A stretch of 352 nucleotides of DNA from Escherichia coli (GTDB taxonomy: Bacteria > Pseudomonadota > Gammaproteobacteria > Enterobacterales > Enterobacteriaceae). How positions within the stretch are numbered: the stretch's first letter is position 1; every line of letters starts with the position of its first letter. The notes under the pieces are model-generated. The model had not been told where the DNA came from. It did no database searches and saw only the letters and a list, made by a program, of their open reading frames with translations. The position numbers and the translations under genes were made by a program. This document shows, in pieces, positions 1 to 352 of the stretch. The DNA lies in NCBI RefSeq assembly GCF_003334335.1, contig NZ_QOWQ01000209.1; one strand, written 5' to 3'.

Positions 1-130
1 GCGTCACCCTGAACTGATGTTCCGTCACCCGGAAAACGAGTACGACTGGCTGAGCTCAGACGCCGCTGTGGATGAGGTCCTGCTCATCAACGAATACACC
101 TTTACCGAAGCCGGTCTGCGCGCCGGCTGA
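1..130 (+). CDS. 3' end of an upstream ORF, 5'-truncated by the window edge; product not recognised (hypothetical protein). Codon phase starts at nt 2; TGA stop at 128-130.
   Basis: Frame 2 is the only + frame open across 2-127 (42 codons: RHPELMFRHPENEYDWLSSDAAVDEVLLINEYTFTEAGLRAG*); frames 1 and 3 hit stops within the first 20 nt. In K-12 CP4-type islands the gene immediately upstream of the antitoxin is a small DUF987 ORF (yeeT/ykfH), but this C-terminus does not resemble what I recall of those proteins, so the family is left open. Confidence 0.55.
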   Translation, partial: RHPELMFRHPENEYDWLSSDAAVDEVLLINEYTFTEAGLRAG

Positions 131-152
131 CCCGTCATCGTTAAACTATCAT
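127..152 (+). promoter_or_regulatory. Weak candidate sigma70-like promoter: -35-like CTGACC (127-132), -10-like TATCAT (147-152), spacer 14 nt (suboptimal).
   Basis: Hexamer resemblance only (4/6 and 5/6 to consensus) at a position that would give a ~25-30 nt leader for the downstream GTG start. The short spacer makes this speculative; the downstream gene may instead be co-transcribed with the upstream ORF. Confidence 0.15.
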
Positions 153-167
153 TCACCGATTTTCTGT

Positions 168-172
168 GAGGA
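168..172 (+). promoter_or_regulatory. Shine-Dalgarno / ribosome-binding site (GAGGA) for the downstream CDS
   Basis: GAGGA at 168-172 lies 7 nt upstream of the GTG at 180-182, which is canonical spacing, in an AT-rich leader. Confidence 0.7.
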
Positions 173-179
173 TTTTATC

Positions 180-352
180 GTGTCAGACACACTTTCCGGG
201 ACAACGCATCCCGATGACAATGACGACCATCCCTGGTGGGGACTACCCTGCACAGTGACGCCCTGTTTCGGCGCCCGTCTGGTGCAGGAGGGTAACCGCC
301 TGCATTACCTTGCCGACCGCGCCGGTATCAGAGGCCTGTTCAGCGATGCAGA
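180..352 (+). CDS. cbeA: N-terminal part (57 codons) of a CbeA/YeeU-family antitoxin (YeeU/YafW/YfjZ family, cytoskeleton-bundling type IV antitoxin); 3'-truncated by the window edge
   Basis: GTG start at 180 preceded by a GAGGA RBS; the frame stays open to the window end. The translation matches, from recall, the N-terminus of E. coli YeeU/CbeA (MSDTLPGTT..PWWGLPCTVTPCFGARLVQEGNRLHYLADRAGIRG.FSDAD) with a few substitutions, and contains the GARLVQEGN.LHYLADRA core shared with YafW and YfjZ. The gene symbol denotes family membership; this may be a paralog rather than the K-12 yeeU locus itself. Confidence 0.85.
   Translation, partial: MSDTLSGTTHPDDNDDHPWWGLPCTVTPCFGARLVQEGNRLHYLADRAGIRGLFSDA

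Noticed and set aside
110-127. Inverted repeat GCCGG...CCGGC (5-bp stem, 8-nt loop) at the end of the upstream ORF, considered as a possible terminator
   Set aside because: The stem is short, it lies within coding sequence and no U-tract follows it, so it is not a convincing rho-independent terminator.
207-233. Direct repeat CATCCC...CATCCC flanking GATGACAATGACGAC
   Set aside because: It is explained by the repeated codons of the His-Pro-Asp/Asn-rich peptide (HPDDNDDHP), not by an independent DNA-level element.
214-258. Internal ATG at 214-216 in an alternative + frame
   Set aside because: It has no RBS, the frame terminates after about 14 codons (TGA at 256-258), and it is embedded in the well-supported antitoxin frame.
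286-291. Perfect SD-like AGGAGG inside the antitoxin coding sequence
   Set aside because: No ATG or GTG start codon follows at appropriate spacing; it simply encodes Gln-Glu-Gly in the conserved LVQEGN motif.
28-304. Reverse-strand open frames of about 50 codons (roughly 28-174 and 149-304), antisense to the two + strand genes
   Set aside because: They are short, lack recognisable starts or RBSs that I could support, and overlap + strand frames that have strong homology or frame evidence; most likely spurious antisense ORFs.
1-352. Possibility that the window encodes a previously undescribed system
   Set aside because: The dominant ORF is a recognisable CbeA/YeeU-family antitoxin with a canonical RBS and start; the sequence does not require a novel system to explain it, only possibly a variant island context.

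Overview
This 352-bp window holds the 3' end of an unidentified upstream ORF (1-130, + strand), a 49-bp intergenic leader with a clear Shine-Dalgarno, and the first 57 codons of a + strand gene (180-352, GTG start) whose translation closely resembles the CbeA/YeeU-family antitoxin of the CbtA/CbeA type IV toxin-antitoxin system of E. coli cryptic prophages (CP4-44 class). The translation is MSDTLSGTTHPDDNDDHPWWGLPCTVTPCFGARLVQEGNRLHYLADRAGIRGLFSDAD... The gene runs off the 3' edge, so the cognate CbtA-like toxin would lie downstream, outside the window. I see no evidence of a previously undescribed system here: the content is best explained as part of a known, horizontally acquired TA module, probably a divergent paralog. 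All homology statements come from recall of protein families, not from a search.
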